Positions 20,147-31,427 are shown, counted from the stretch's first letter. The stretch: DNA of 64,000 nucleotides from an uncultured Acidobacteriota bacterium (GCA_963788725.1 CAWBHT010000003.1:224354-288353), one strand, 5' to 3'. The notes: generated by a model not told the origin, from the sequence alone. A program made the numbers and translations.

Positions 20147-21634
20147 ATGCCTGCTAACGATCTAGCCATAGTTGTACTCGCGGCCGGAAAAGGCACGCGT
20201 CTGAAGTCCAGCCTCGCCAAAGTTTTACATTGCGCAGGAGGGCGCCCGCTTGTCGAGCAGGTGCTGCGCTCCTGTGCTCCCCTGCGCGCCAAGCGCACCA
20301 TTGTAGTTGTCGGTCACCAGGCCGAGCAGGTCAATGCCGTCATACAGCCGCTGGAAGCCGTCTCGGTTCTACAGTTTCCGCAGCACGGCACCGGTCACGC
20401 AATGCAGGTAGCGCGACGCGCATTGGGAAACTCCAAACTAGCCATCGTGCTTCCGGGTGATGCGCCTCTCATTCGGACGGAGACATTGCGAGCGATGGTG
20501 GCGGCACACCGCACCGCCAATGCCGCGGCGACCGTTTTAAGCGCGGTGGTAAACGATCCGCGCGGTTATGGGCGTATCGTCCGAAAATCCGAAACGCAAG
20601 TTGGCGCCATCGCCGAAGAATCGCAGCTCACCGAAGAGCAGCGCGACATCAACGAAATCAATTCGAGCATCTACTGTTTTTCGCTCGATAAACTTTGGCC
20701 CGCGCTTGCGCAGGTAAAACCGAATAACAAGCATCGTGAAATCTATCTGACGGACGCCATCGGTGTTCTTGCCGCGAAAGGGGAGAACGTCCTGGCGCAG
20801 ATTGCGCCTGATGCCCGCGAGGTGCTCGGCTGCAATACGCGCGCGGATCTTGCCGAGGTCGATCGCATATTCCGCGAATGGAAACGCAATGCCCTGATGA
20901 GCGATGGCGTCACCATTCAGTTGCCGGAAACCGTTCTTATCGATCCCGAAGTCACGGCCGGCGAGGACACCGTGATCGAACCAGGCGTTCAGCTGTTGGG
21001 CAGGACAAAAATCGGCACTCGCTGCGTGGTTCGCGCGTACAGCGTCCTCTCGGATGCGGTTCTGGGAGACGATGTGGTCGTTGAACCACACTGTGTCGTC
21101 GCGAACAGCCGACTTGATAATGGTGTGACCGTTGGGCCATTTGCCCGCGTGCGGCCAGGGTGCCATCTCAAAACCAATTCGCACGTCGGGAACTTCGTGG
21201 AGTTGAAGAAAACTATTCTGGGCGAAGGGGCCAAGGCCGGGCACCTGACGTATCTCGGCGACGCAAAGATCGGCACGAAATCGAACATCGGCGCCGGCAC
21301 CATCACGTGTAATTACGATGGGTTCGTCAAGAATCCCACGCTGATCGGTAGCCGCGTTTTCATCGGCAGCAACTCGGCACTAGTTGCACCTCTGCGGCTC
21401 GGCGATGGCGCGTATATCGCTGCGGGCTCGACGATCACCGAAAATGTTCCGGCCGAAGGGCTGGGCATTGCGCGCGGGCGGCAATCGAATAAGCCAGGCT
21501 GGGCTGCCAAGAAGCGGCGCGAATTAGCGGCTGCCAAAGCCAGCAGTAAAGCATCGCGCAAGCCATCTCGGCGCGCAAAGTCTCGCCGCACAAAATCTAC
21601 AAGCAAACCGCGCAAAAAAGCACGGCGGCGCTGA
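20147..21634 (+). CDS. glmU: Bifunctional UDP-GlcNAc pyrophosphorylase/GlcN-1-P acetyltransferase
   Basis: LAAGKGTRLKS, GTGHA, GYGRIVR, EIYLTD, GNFVELK, HLTYLGDA, GAGTITCNYDG. Confidence 0.97.
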   Translation: MPANDLAIVVLAAGKGTRLKSSLAKVLHCAGGRPLVEQVLRSCAPLRAKRTIVVVGHQAEQVNAVIQPLEAVSVLQFPQHGTGHAMQVARRALGNSKLAIVLPGDAPLIRTETLRAMVAAHRTANAAATVLSAVVNDPRGYGRIVRKSETQVGAIAEESQLTEEQRDINEINSSIYCFSLDKLWPALAQVKPNNKHREIYLTDAIGVLAAKGENVLAQIAPDAREVLGCNTRADLAEVDRIFREWKRNALMSDGVTIQLPETVLIDPEVTAGEDTVIEPGVQLLGRTKIGTRCVVRAYSVLSDAVLGDDVVVEPHCVVANSRLDNGVTVGPFARVRPGCHLKTNSHVGNFVELKKTILGEGAKAGHLTYLGDAKIGTKSNIGAGTITCNYDGFVKNPTLIGSRVFIGSNSALVAPLRLGDGAYIAAGSTITENVPAEGLGIARGRQSNKPGWAAKKRRELAAAKASSKASRKPSRRAKSRRTKSTSKPRKKARRR

Positions 21635-21777
21635 AACGATCTCTCCCGCGCCTACTGAGCTCATCACTTAGCCAAAAAGCTTTTCTCGTCGTGCAGTCGG
21701 TTGCGTTCAGCGAGCGGAACACACCGCGCGATGTGCTAAAATAACGCTTCCCCAACCTCCAAGGGAGTTAACGCCGC

Positions 21778-22488
21778 ATGAAATTTGGAGTCGTCGTCTT
21801 TCCGGGATCCAACTGCGATCACGACGCGTTCTACGCCATCGGCAACGTCCTGCACAAGCCCGTCGAATTCATCTGGCACCAATCCGAAGATCTCGCAGAT
21901 TGCGACGCCATCATTCTCCCCGGCGGATTTGCGCACGGCGACTATCTGCGCACCGGCGCGATCGCGCGATTCTCTCCAGTGATGAAATCCGTCGAGAAAT
22001 TTGCGAAGAGCGGCGGAATGGTGCTCGGCATCTGCAACGGTTTTCAAGTTTTGCTCGAAGCCGGCCTGCTACCCGGCGCAATGATGCGTAACTCCGGGCT
22101 TCGCTATATCTGTCGCCATGTACACATTCGGGTGGAGCAGACGGACACGCCGTTCACGTGCGCGGCGCCGCGCGAACAGATTTTGCGCGTGCCGATCGCG
22201 CACAACGAAGGCAATTACAACGTCGACGAAGCCACTCTTACCGAGCTCGAAAAGAATCGCCAGATTCTTTACCGTTACACAACACCGGATGGTTCCGATG
22301 ATGCCGCGGGAAATCCCAACGGCTCGCTCCACAACATCGCCGGCATCTGCAATCGCGAACGCAACGTCGCCGGGTTGATGCCGCATCCCGAGCGCGCCGT
22401 CGAATCTGCCCTCGACTCCGCGGACGGGCTTGTAATCTTCAAGTCCATGGTCGAGGCGCTGGTCGGCGCCGCAAAGGCCACCGCTTGA
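21778..22488 (+). CDS. purQ: FGAM synthase glutaminase subunit
   Basis: [36 protein letters not shown]. Confidence 0.98.
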   Translation: MKFGVVVFPGSNCDHDAFYAIGNVLHKPVEFIWHQSEDLADCDAIILPGGFAHGDYLRTGAIARFSPVMKSVEKFAKSGGMVLGICNGFQVLLEAGLLPGAMMRNSGLRYICRHVHIRVEQTDTPFTCAAPREQILRVPIAHNEGNYNVDEATLTELEKNRQILYRYTTPDGSDDAAGNPNGSLHNIAGICNRERNVAGLMPHPERAVESALDSADGLVIFKSMVEALVGAAKATA

Positions 22489-22618
22489 AACCAGTCACGC
22501 GATTCGCTGGCGCACACCACTTGTTTGTACGGCCGCCGCACCATGGCTACGCCCGATCTCGGCGTAATCTCAAATCCTTGGCGGGGTCGGTTTTTTCGGA
22601 TCCGGTTCATCAAAGCTA

Positions 22619-25018
22619 ATGGCTACCGCACCCACAGAAATCCGCGTCACTCCCGAAATCGCCACTGAGCATGGCGTCACCGCCGACGAATACGCGCGCA
22701 TTCAGAAAATTCTCGGCCGCGATCCCAACATCACCGAGCTGGGCATCTTCAGCGTGATGTGGAGCGAGCACTGCTCCTACAAATCGAGCAAGGTCCATCT
22801 CAAGCGGCTGCCCACACGCGGGAAACTCGTTGTGCAAGGGCCCGGCGAAAACGCCGGCGTCGTTGATATCGGCGACGGCCTGGTCGCTGCTTTCAAGATC
22901 GAATCGCACAATCACCCCAGTTACGTCGAGCCATTTCAGGGCGCGACCACCGGGGTCGGGGGCATTCTGCGCGACATCTTCACCATGGGTGCCCGCCCGG
23001 TCGCCATCCTCGACTCGCTGCGCTTCGGCGAGATCACTCCTGGCAAGTTCACGTCCACCGAAGAGGCCGCTAAAAATCGCCGCATCCTCGATGGTGTAAT
23101 CCGCGGGGTCGGTAACTATGGCAACTCTTTCGGCGTTCCGAACGTCGGCGGCGAAGTTGGCTTTGAGCCGTGCTATTCGCAAAATCCGCTGGTGAACGCG
23201 CTCGCTCTCGGAATCGCGCGCAAAGAAGATATCTTCCTCGCGAAAGCCAAAGGCATCGGCAATCCTGTCATCTATGTGGGGGCAAAGACTGGCCGCGACG
23301 GAATTCATGGCGCGTCGCTGCTTGCCTCCGCCGAGTTCACTGAGGAATCGCAACAGAAGCGACCCAACGTGCAAGTCGGCGACCCGTTCATGGAAAAGTT
23401 GCTGTTGGAAGCGTGCATCGAGGCCATGCACACGGGCGCGATTGTCGCGATTCAGGATATGGGCGCCGCCGGCCTCACGTGCTCCACGATGGAAATGGCC
23501 TCGCGCGGCGGCACTGGCATCGAAGTCGACCTCAGCAAAGTTCCTCAGCGCGAATCAGGCATGACCGCTTACGAAATCATGCTCAGTGAATCGCAGGAGC
23601 GCATGCTGCTCGTCGCGGAAAAAGGTCGAGAACGCGAAGTGCTCGATGTTTTCGCGAAGTGGGGTCTCGACGCTGTCGTTGTCGGCACTGTCACCGAAGG
23701 TGGCATCGCCAAGATCCTTCACCATGGCCGCCTCGCTGCCGAAATTCCCGCGCATCCGCTCGCCGAAGAGGGCCCGATATACAACCGCCCGCTCGCGCCA
23801 CCCGCGCCGCCTAAAGAAACCGCCGCCGATTGGTTTCAGTTCGCACCTGAAGGCACCGACCTGACGAAAAATTTCACAAAGCTCCTGGCCTCGCCCGCAA
23901 TCGCCTCCAAACGCTGGATCACCGAGCAGTACGACACTTCGGTCCGCACCAACACGCTTGCAGGTCCAGGGGACAGCGATGCCGCCGTCATCCGCATAAA
24001 GGAAACGGAACGCAACGATCCCAAAGCGCCCGGTGGAAAGACGATGCGCGCCTTGGCTCTTTCCACCGACGGCAATGGGCGCTGGTGCCAGCTCAATCCA
24101 CGGCTCGGCGCGATGCACGCCGTCGCCGAAGCTGCGCGTAACGTTTCTGCGAGCGGCGCGCGTCCCATCGCAGCCACAAATTGCCTGAATTTTGGCAGCC
24201 CCGAAAAGCCCGAAGTCATGTGGCAATTCAGCGAAGCTATCGATGGCCTTGCCGAAGCCTGCAATGCGCTTGAAACGCCGATCACTGGCGGCAATGTCAG
24301 CTTTTACAACGAGACCCTGGGCAAATCGATCTATCCGACGCCGGTAATCGGAATTCTCGGCATCCTCGACGACGCCAGCAAGCTCCTGAAGATCGCCTTC
24401 CGCAATTCCGGCGATACGGTCATTCTTCTCGACGGCCGCATTTCTGAACATTGTCATTCCGATCGTATCGAGGAACCTGCTTTTTCTTCTGACCTTAATG
24501 CTGCGCGTGAGTTCTCCTCGAGCGAATACTCAAAATCCATCGCCGCAATCGTTGCCGGCGAACCGCCAGATATCGATCTCGCTGCCGAAAAACGGCTCCA
24601 GCAACTTCTGATTTCGCTAGCTGCAGAAAGTCTCGTTGAATCTGCACACGATCTCAGCGACGGCGGCCTGGCAGTGGCGGCCGCAGAGTCCTGTTTTGCA
24701 ACATTTCGCAACGCGGCGAATTCTGCGCCGCTCTCGGCAGAACTCATGCTGGATTCCGCCGCTCCCGCCGAGCATTCAATATTCAGCGAACGCGGCGCCC
24801 GCGCGATCGTCTCCGTAAAACCAACTTCCCTTGATCGTGTCCTCGACACTGCGCGACAATATGGCGTCGCGGCGCAATCCGTCGGCCAAGTCATCCGCGG
24901 CGATGCATTCCGCATCCAATATAAAGGGCGGTCGGTGATCGATAGTCCTATCCAAATCCTGCGCGACACCTGGGCCAATTCGCTGGAACGCACGTTGAGC
25001 GCTGAACAACCGAAATGA
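22619..25018 (+). CDS. purL: FGAM synthase synthetase subunit
   Basis: [62 protein letters not shown]. Confidence 0.98.
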   Translation: MATAPTEIRVTPEIATEHGVTADEYARIQKILGRDPNITELGIFSVMWSEHCSYKSSKVHLKRLPTRGKLVVQGPGENAGVVDIGDGLVAAFKIESHNHPSYVEPFQGATTGVGGILRDIFTMGARPVAILDSLRFGEITPGKFTSTEEAAKNRRILDGVIRGVGNYGNSFGVPNVGGEVGFEPCYSQNPLVNALALGIARKEDIFLAKAKGIGNPVIYVGAKTGRDGIHGASLLASAEFTEESQQKRPNVQVGDPFMEKLLLEACIEAMHTGAIVAIQDMGAAGLTCSTMEMASRGGTGIEVDLSKVPQRESGMTAYEIMLSESQERMLLVAEKGREREVLDVFAKWGLDAVVVGTVTEGGIAKILHHGRLAAEIPAHPLAEEGPIYNRPLAPPAPPKETAADWFQFAPEGTDLTKNFTKLLASPAIASKRWITEQYDTSVRTNTLAGPGDSDAAVIRIKETERNDPKAPGGKTMRALALSTDGNGRWCQLNPRLGAMHAVAEAARNVSASGARPIAATNCLNFGSPEKPEVMWQFSEAIDGLAEACNALETPITGGNVSFYNETLGKSIYPTPVIGILGILDDASKLLKIAFRNSGDTVILLDGRISEHCHSDRIEEPAFSSDLNAAREFSSSEYSKSIAAIVAGEPPDIDLAAEKRLQQLLISLAAESLVESAHDLSDGGLAVAAAESCFATFRNAANSAPLSAELMLDSAAPAEHSIFSERGARAIVSVKPTSLDRVLDTARQYGVAAQSVGQVIRGDAFRIQYKGRSVIDSPIQILRDTWANSLERTLSAEQPK

Positions 25019-26508
25019 CGACAAATTTCGCCATTCTCGAAGACGATCACTTCCACGATCATTGTGGAGTCTTCGGCGTCTTCGGTCACGAAGAAGCCGC
25101 CAAGCTCGCTTACCTTGGCCTCTACGCGCTACAACATCGCGGCCAGGAATCTGCCGGTATCGTGTCCAGCGATGGTGGTGAGCTCTATCTGCACCGGGCC
25201 ATGGGCGAAGTCGAAGAGGTGTTCACGCCCGCAGTCCTGAACACGTTGCCCGGAAATCTCGCCATCGGACACACGCGCTACTCCACGGCAGGCGACAAAG
25301 CGCTGCTCAACGCTCAGCCGATCATGATCGACTGCAACAAGGGCAAAGTCGCGCTCGGCCACAACGGCAACCTTACGAACGCCGCCGAATGGCGCCGCAA
25401 ACTCGAACATCGCGGCTCGATCTTTCAGACGAACAGCGATACCGAAGTGATCGTCCATCTGCTGGCGCGATCGCAGGCGCGCAATCTTACGGGCGCTCTG
25501 GCCGACGCCCTCAATCAGGTGGAAGGCGCCTACTCGCTCCTGGTCCTCACGACCGACGAGCTTTACGCCGTGCGCGATCCTCGCGGCTTTCGTCCGCTCA
25601 ATCTCGGCAAGCTCGGAGACTCCTGGCTTGTCGCGTCAGAGACCTGCGCATTCGATCTACTCAATGCCCAATACGTTCGCGAGATTGAGCCCGGCGAAAT
25701 GGTGCGCATTTCGCGCAGCGGCATCGAATCCATCCGCTTCGCGCCAGAAAAGCCGCACCAGCAATGCATATTCGAGCATGTCTACTTCTCGCGGCCAGAC
25801 AGCATCATTTTCGGGCGCAGCGTCAACGAAAGCCGCGAAGCTCTCGGCCGCCTGCTCGCGAAGGAGCATCCTGTTGACGCTGACATCGTGGTGCCTGTTC
25901 CCGACTCCGGAGTTCCCGCGGCAATCGGCTACGCGCTCGAATCCGGCATCCCGTTCCGCATGGGCTTGATTCGCAATCACTACATTGGCCGCACGTTCAT
26001 CGAGCCATCGCAAGCCATTCGAAATTTCGGAGTCAAGCTCAAGCTCAATCCCATTCGCGGCTTGCTCGAAGGCAAGCGCGTCATCCTGGTCGACGACTCG
26101 CTCGTCCGCGGCACCACCAGCCGCAAAATCGTGCGCATGGTTCGCGAAGTCGGCGCCAAAGAAGTTCACGTGCGCATCAGCTGTCCACCCACGATTTCGC
26201 CGTGCTACTACGGCGTTGACACACCCACACGAGAGGAGCTGATCGCCTCCTCCAACACGCCCGAAGAAATCTGCAAATTCCTCGGTGCCGATTCTCTAGG
26301 CTATGTTTCGCTGGCGAATCTGAAACGCGCCGTGAATGACACCAAAGAGAATTACTGCACATCTTGTTACACTGGCAACTATCCGACTGACTTGGTCCAG
26401 TTGGAAGTCCGGGAAACCAGCACCTCCGAAAACAAGTTGCGCGCGGCATTAAGCGATAGTCGCGTGGAAGAAATCGAGCGCCCTGTAACGGTGGAACGTG
26501 AAAGCTGA
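25015..26508 (+). CDS. purF: Amidophosphoribosyltransferase
   Basis: Propeptide then [44 protein letters not shown]. Confidence 0.98.
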   Translation: MTTNFAILEDDHFHDHCGVFGVFGHEEAAKLAYLGLYALQHRGQESAGIVSSDGGELYLHRAMGEVEEVFTPAVLNTLPGNLAIGHTRYSTAGDKALLNAQPIMIDCNKGKVALGHNGNLTNAAEWRRKLEHRGSIFQTNSDTEVIVHLLARSQARNLTGALADALNQVEGAYSLLVLTTDELYAVRDPRGFRPLNLGKLGDSWLVASETCAFDLLNAQYVREIEPGEMVRISRSGIESIRFAPEKPHQQCIFEHVYFSRPDSIIFGRSVNESREALGRLLAKEHPVDADIVVPVPDSGVPAAIGYALESGIPFRMGLIRNHYIGRTFIEPSQAIRNFGVKLKLNPIRGLLEGKRVILVDDSLVRGTTSRKIVRMVREVGAKEVHVRISCPPTISPCYYGVDTPTREELIASSNTPEEICKFLGADSLGYVSLANLKRAVNDTKENYCTSCYTGNYPTDLVQLEVRETSTSENKLRAALSDSRVEEIERPVTVERES

Positions 26509-27238
26509 AGCAAAACGAAAACAAGCCAAGCCTCAGCAAGACAGCGATTCGACCACCATCGGACAGCGCGTTCGCCGCGAAGTCATCGCCTGGATCTGGG
26601 TTGCTCTCATTTTTATGCTGGTCAACGGCGCCGTCGGGCAGGCCCGTGTGATTCCCTCCGGGTCCATGGAAAATACGCTGCTCGTCGGCGATCACCTGGT
26701 GATGAGCCGCATCGGCTACGACGCCGGAGTTCCGTTCACCAATCTTCACCTCCCGCTGTGGCGCAGTCCCAAACGCCAGCAGATCGTGATTTTCCGCCCG
26801 ATCATTCCCGGCGAAAGCACCGACGTCATCAAGCGCGTCATCGGCCTGCCTGGCGAAACGGTCGACATCCACGACGGCGCTGTGTGGATCAATGGCGCGC
26901 GTCTCAACGAGCCCTACACCACCGGCCCAACCGATCCCGGCGAACCATTCCTTTTTCGCGGACCTCTTGCGGGTAAGCGCGGCATCTTTCCCTACACCGT
27001 TCCCGCTGATTGTTTCTTCGTGATGGGCGACAATCGTGGTAATTCGCTCGACTCCCGTTTTACCGGCTGTATTCCGCGCGCGAACATCGTCGGAACTCCG
27101 GTCATGATCTACATGTCCATTGACGAGCCTTCGCCCTCATGGGAATCCGGCTCGCTCATTGACCGATTCTCCGCTTACGCGAGCGCCGTCCTCCATCCGG
27201 GAGAAGTTCGTTGGCGCAGATTGTTTCGGATTTTTTAG
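26498..27238 (+). CDS. lepB: Signal peptidase I (copy 1)
   Basis: IPSGSMENTLLVGD, IKRVIGLPG, MGDNRGNSLDSRF. Confidence 0.93.
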   Translation: MKAEAKRKQAKPQQDSDSTTIGQRVRREVIAWIWVALIFMLVNGAVGQARVIPSGSMENTLLVGDHLVMSRIGYDAGVPFTNLHLPLWRSPKRQQIVIFRPIIPGESTDVIKRVIGLPGETVDIHDGAVWINGARLNEPYTTGPTDPGEPFLFRGPLAGKRGIFPYTVPADCFFVMGDNRGNSLDSRFTGCIPRANIVGTPVMIYMSIDEPSPSWESGSLIDRFSAYASAVLHPGEVRWRRLFRIF

Positions 27239-27278
27239 GAGGCCGCCGCCGATCGCACCCGCGCGGTCTCGGTGAAAC

Positions 27279-28028
27279 GTGGAAGCTATAGAAAAACAGG
27301 GCGAAACCGCAACGCGCGAGGAAGCCGCGCACGAAAAAGAATCCAATCTCCCGATGGGCCAGCGCGTTCAGCGTGAAATTATCGCTTGGTTCTGGGTTGC
27401 GCTGGCGTTCATGCTCATCAACGGCACGATCGGGCAGGCCCGCGTCATTCCGTCGGGTTCCATGGAAAATACGCTGCTGATCGGCGATCACCTGATCATG
27501 AGCCGTATCGGCTACGACGCTGGCGTGCCATTCACCAGCTGGCACGTGCCTCTATGGCGCAATCCGCACCGCCAGCAAATCATCATTTTCAAGCCGCCTT
27601 TCGCACCCGACACGCCTGACTACGTCAAGCGCGTGATCGGTTTGCCCGGGGATACCATCGACATCCACGGCGGGGCCGTCTGGATCAACGGTGAGAAACT
27701 GCGCGAAAATTACACGATTGGCCCGAGCGAACCCGCACCTCCAGGTTCCGCTCCGCCCGGCTACACCGACATGAAATTTCCCTACAAAGTTCCGGACAAT
27801 TGTTATTTCGCGATGGGCGACAACCGCACTAACTCATACGACAGCCGGTTTTGGGGCTGCGTCCCTCGCAACGATATAATCGGCACGCCGGTGATGATCT
27901 ATATGTCGCTGGACGTTCCCTCGGATGCCTGGGAACCCGGCCAGATTCGCGAACGGTTTTTGGCGTATGCCAGCGCCATCATTCATCCTGGCCTGGTGCG
28001 CTGGAAACGGCTGTTCCGTACGTTTTAG
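27279..28028 (+). CDS. lepB: Signal peptidase I (copy 2)
   Basis: IPSGSMENTLLIGD, VKRVIGLPG, MGDNRTNSYDSRFWG. Confidence 0.93.
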   Translation: MEAIEKQGETATREEAAHEKESNLPMGQRVQREIIAWFWVALAFMLINGTIGQARVIPSGSMENTLLIGDHLIMSRIGYDAGVPFTSWHVPLWRNPHRQQIIIFKPPFAPDTPDYVKRVIGLPGDTIDIHGGAVWINGEKLRENYTIGPSEPAPPGSAPPGYTDMKFPYKVPDNCYFAMGDNRTNSYDSRFWGCVPRNDIIGTPVMIYMSLDVPSDAWEPGQIRERFLAYASAIIHPGLVRWKRLFRTF

Positions 28029-28169
28029 ATCCGAGCACTTAGTTGTACGCAAACGTTGAGGCTAGTCGCAGTAAACACCGCACCCCCTCGCGGTTATCAG
28101 CTATCATCCAGAAATAAGATCGTGCTGTGGTCTCTTGCGCCACGGCGGGAAATGGAAATCGGGCTCTCC

Positions 28170-29216
28170 ATGAAATATGCCGACGCAGGAGTAGACATCG
28201 CTGTAGCCGACGCCGCCAAACAGCGCATTCGCCATCACGCGAGCCAGACCTTCACTCCTGGAGTTCTCGGCGGCATCGGCGGATTCGGCGCGCTCTTTGC
28301 GCTCGACAAAAAGAAATGGAAAGAGCCTGTGCTCGTTTCCAGCGCCGATGGCGTTGGCACCAAACTCAAGGTGGCCATGGCCACCGGCGTCCACTCCACC
28401 GTCGGCGGCGACCTCGTCAATCACTGCGTCAACGACATTCTTGTCCAGGGCGCGGAGCCACTCTTCTTCCTCGACTACCTCGCCATGGGCAAGCTCGATC
28501 CCAACATCGTCGAGCAGCTCGTTGAAGGCATGAGCCGTGCCTGCCGCAAAGCCAGCTGCGCATTGATCGGTGGCGAAACTGCCGAAATGCCCGGCTTCTA
28601 CCCGGTCGGCGAATACGATCTTGCGGGCTTCATCGTCGGAGCAGTCGAGCGCAGCAAAATCCTCACCGGAAAAAGCGTGAAGCCCGGTGACGCGCTCATC
28701 GCTTTGCCCTCGGCTGGCCTTCACACCAATGGCTACTCGCTGGCCCGCAAACTCGTCTTCGAAGTCGCCAGGCTCAAGCCCGACACTTACGTCGCCGAAG
28801 TCGGCAACAAAATTGGCGCCGAACTTCTGAAGCCGCATCTCTGCTACGTGTCCGCCCTCAAAACAATTCTCGCTCGCGGCTGGGTTTCCGCGCTCGCGCA
28901 CATCACCGGCGGCGGCATCCCGGGCAATCTTCCCCGTGTCCTTCCGTCCGGAGTCCAGGCGCAGATTGATCTCGATTCATGGCCGGTCCTCCCGATCTTC
29001 AAGTACCTCGCCAAAGTCGGCAAAATAGACACGGACGAGCTCCTGCAGTCGTTCAACATGGGCATTGGCATGATCCTCGTAGTTCCCCAGGCCCATGTGC
29101 AATCCGTCGAAGCCGACCTCAAACGCCGCCGCGAAAAATTCCATCGCATCGGCCGCATCGAAAAAGGCGACTCCGGCAAAGCCAAAGTCAAATTCTCCGC
29201 CAGCCTCTCCCTCTAA
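28170..29216 (+). CDS. purM: AIR synthetase
   Basis: YADAGVDI, GGFGALF, DGVGTK, EPLFFLDY, GGETAEMPG, GLHTNGYSL, HITGGG, FNMGIG. Confidence 0.98.
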   Translation: MKYADAGVDIAVADAAKQRIRHHASQTFTPGVLGGIGGFGALFALDKKKWKEPVLVSSADGVGTKLKVAMATGVHSTVGGDLVNHCVNDILVQGAEPLFFLDYLAMGKLDPNIVEQLVEGMSRACRKASCALIGGETAEMPGFYPVGEYDLAGFIVGAVERSKILTGKSVKPGDALIALPSAGLHTNGYSLARKLVFEVARLKPDTYVAEVGNKIGAELLKPHLCYVSALKTILARGWVSALAHITGGGIPGNLPRVLPSGVQAQIDLDSWPVLPIFKYLAKVGKIDTDELLQSFNMGIGMILVVPQAHVQSVEADLKRRREKFHRIGRIEKGDSGKAKVKFSASLSL

Positions 29217-29228
29217 TTCCGCGCGCGC

Positions 29229-29273
29229 GGGTGCCGCACCCTACGTTTTACAGGATGCGGATTTAGATTCAAC
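29229..29273 (+). repeat. REP-like dispersed repeat, copy A
   Basis: GGGTGCCGCACCCTACGTTTTACAGGATGCGGATTTAGA; aligns with copies at 34548 and 42268. Confidence 0.7.
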
Positions 29274-29309
29274 CTCAACTGACATCATGCATTCAGGCAA
29301 GCAATTAAC

Positions 29310-29340
29310 AAAAAAAAGGACAGGCCTCATCGACCTGTCC
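29310..29340 (-). terminator. Rho-independent terminator of the SPFH gene
   Basis: GGACAGG/CCTGTCC stem plus an 8-A tract (U-tract on the minus strand). Confidence 0.8.
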
Positions 29341-29369
29341 CTCAATCCGAAACGCGTCCACCATGGCAC

Positions 29370-31427
29370 TCACGGCTTCAACGCATCGATATCCTTCGCA
29401 ATCGTCTTCTTCACCGCAGTCTCAACAACGGTTTGCATGGGAGCTTTCCCAGATGCAACCACACCGCCGCCGTTTCCACCATTGCTCCCAAAGAACCGCA
29501 TCGCGCTAGCCGCCAATCCGTCCAACGCGCCGCCGTTTCCACCGCCGGCCACAAGGACATCCGGCACAAACTTCGCCTTACCTTCTGACAATGCGGTCAC
29601 CACGTTCACGATCGCCGTGGCATTCGATCCCAGCGCCTCTACCTGCGCCCGGTAACCCCGAGCTCGCGCCAGTCCGATCGCTTCCACCTCCGCGCCTTTC
29701 GCAGTTCCGGTAGCGCGAATGAATTCCGCTTCACCGGTAGCCTCTGCAACACGCGCGTCGGCATTGTTCTTCTTGATGTCCACTCCTACCTTGGAGCGCG
29801 CCAGGTCCGCCTGCATATCGGCGGTGCCTTTGGCCTGCTCCATCTCGATGCGCTGATCTTGCGCCGCTTTCTGCTTCTTGAACGTTTCGATTTCCTGATT
29901 CGCGATTTCGCGATGCGTCAGGACTGTCACCATATCTTCGGGGAGCACCACGTCCTGGATGTACACGCCCTTCGTCTCCACCTGGTATTGCTCCAGCTGT
30001 TCGCGAATATGCGTGAAAGCTTCCTCCTGCACTTGCCGCCGCGTCTCGATAAATCGAATCGCGGGCATTCCTTGCAGAGCATCGCGGAAGTGATTGCCCA
30101 CGGCCGCCTGCAGAACCTCATTCACAAGATTCCGCATCGTCGCGACCATCGAAATCACTCGCGGCGCCTTCGTGTCCGGAACGTGGATCTGCACCTGCAA
30201 ATCGATCTTGAAGACGAAGCCTTCTTTGCTCTTCGCCACGATCTGCTGCAGTTGCGCGTCCAGGTGATGCGCTTCGGAAACCGCATCCGCCCAGTTCAGG
30301 TTGAGTATCGCGGTCGGCACAATTTCCGCCTCATAACACCGCGGATTCAGCGGATATTTGCCGGTGCGTAGCGGCTCCTGCCACACACCACGATGTCCGG
30401 GGCGAACCAGTGAGCCATACTTGAACTCCGCTCCGGATGTGTCCTTCGTCGCCAAGCCGACGTATGCCTTGATCACCGCCACTTGGCCTTGCTTCACTAC
30501 CAACATCGGCACCAGCTCAACGCTGACCAGGAATGGGTTCAGCGCGTAGGCTCCGTAAAGCAGCGGGTCGTGCTGCAATCCGATGCGCCCTCCATGCTCC
30601 AGAAATGCCTGGAAGTCCTGATAGTTGTTGTGCAGGTTGTTCTTGCTGCCGAGCAGCCCTTCGATGATGTGCGCGTCGCTGGACTCGCTCTTCTCCAGCA
30701 ACTCGATGTCGGCATAGCCACCCAGTCGCGTCGCAATATCACTCGACGCCATCGGGTCGCCCTCATAGGTGGTCACGATGCCCACCACATCGCTCGGCCC
30801 CGCTTCCTTCCCGCGTGGTTGCGGCTCGATGCGCACCAGTTCCAGTTGCTCCGGCTTCAATCCCAATGATGAGGGTGTCAACTCCCCGCCTCGTCCAGAT
30901 CGCATCCGCACCTCCGGCGAGACCGGCAACCCGTACACATTGCTGCGCGTGATCACCAGAAATCCCACTGGATGAACCGGAACCAGCGTGCCCGGAGGCA
31001 ACACCGGCCGCTGTACACCTTTCTGCCCGCCGGCGCTTACGAAGCCGCTCAAGTTCGCAAAATTGCCGAACTCTTTGCGATACACCGCGGACTTCGCACC
31101 GATAGGCAACGGCGCTCCGACCTGCGAAATCACCACTCCGATTTCGCCCGCCGGAACCTGTACCCACGGATACTTATCCACTGAATATCGCGGCCACAGT
31201 TTCCACCGCAGCCCGGCCATCAACAGCTCAGCCTGGTAACCGGCCTCGCCGTCGAAAGCCACCGGACTATCCTTCTCCAGCTTCTTCCAGCTATACCGCT
31301 TGGTGACCAGGCCTACCTGCGTGGGCCCAATCCGATGAATTGACTGCACGACAAAAAGTACCGCCGCCGCGGCCACCGCAAACAACAACGGATGCATAAA
31401 CAGCAGTTCAAGCACGAACATACACAC
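29370..31427 (-). CDS. Large SPFH/flotillin-like protein
   Basis: N-terminal TM, repeated G-x-x-G-x-Q...L-x-x-G modules, band-7 domain (SKEGFVFKIDL, NHFRD, VYIQDV), AEA-type coiled coil, KFVPDVLV. Confidence 0.88.
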   Translation of the reverse strand: MCMFVLELLFMHPLLFAVAAAAVLFVVQSIHRIGPTQVGLVTKRYSWKKLEKDSPVAFDGEAGYQAELLMAGLRWKLWPRYSVDKYPWVQVPAGEIGVVISQVGAPLPIGAKSAVYRKEFGNFANLSGFVSAGGQKGVQRPVLPPGTLVPVHPVGFLVITRSNVYGLPVSPEVRMRSGRGGELTPSSLGLKPEQLELVRIEPQPRGKEAGPSDVVGIVTTYEGDPMASSDIATRLGGYADIELLEKSESSDAHIIEGLLGSKNNLHNNYQDFQAFLEHGGRIGLQHDPLLYGAYALNPFLVSVELVPMLVVKQGQVAVIKAYVGLATKDTSGAEFKYGSLVRPGHRGVWQEPLRTGKYPLNPRCYEAEIVPTAILNLNWADAVSEAHHLDAQLQQIVAKSKEGFVFKIDLQVQIHVPDTKAPRVISMVATMRNLVNEVLQAAVGNHFRDALQGMPAIRFIETRRQVQEEAFTHIREQLEQYQVETKGVYIQDVVLPEDMVTVLTHREIANQEIETFKKQKAAQDQRIEMEQAKGTADMQADLARSKVGVDIKKNNADARVAEATGEAEFIRATGTAKGAEVEAIGLARARGYRAQVEALGSNATAIVNVVTALSEGKAKFVPDVLVAGGGNGGALDGLAASAMRFFGSNGGNGGGVVASGKAPMQTVVETAVKKTIAKDIDALKP

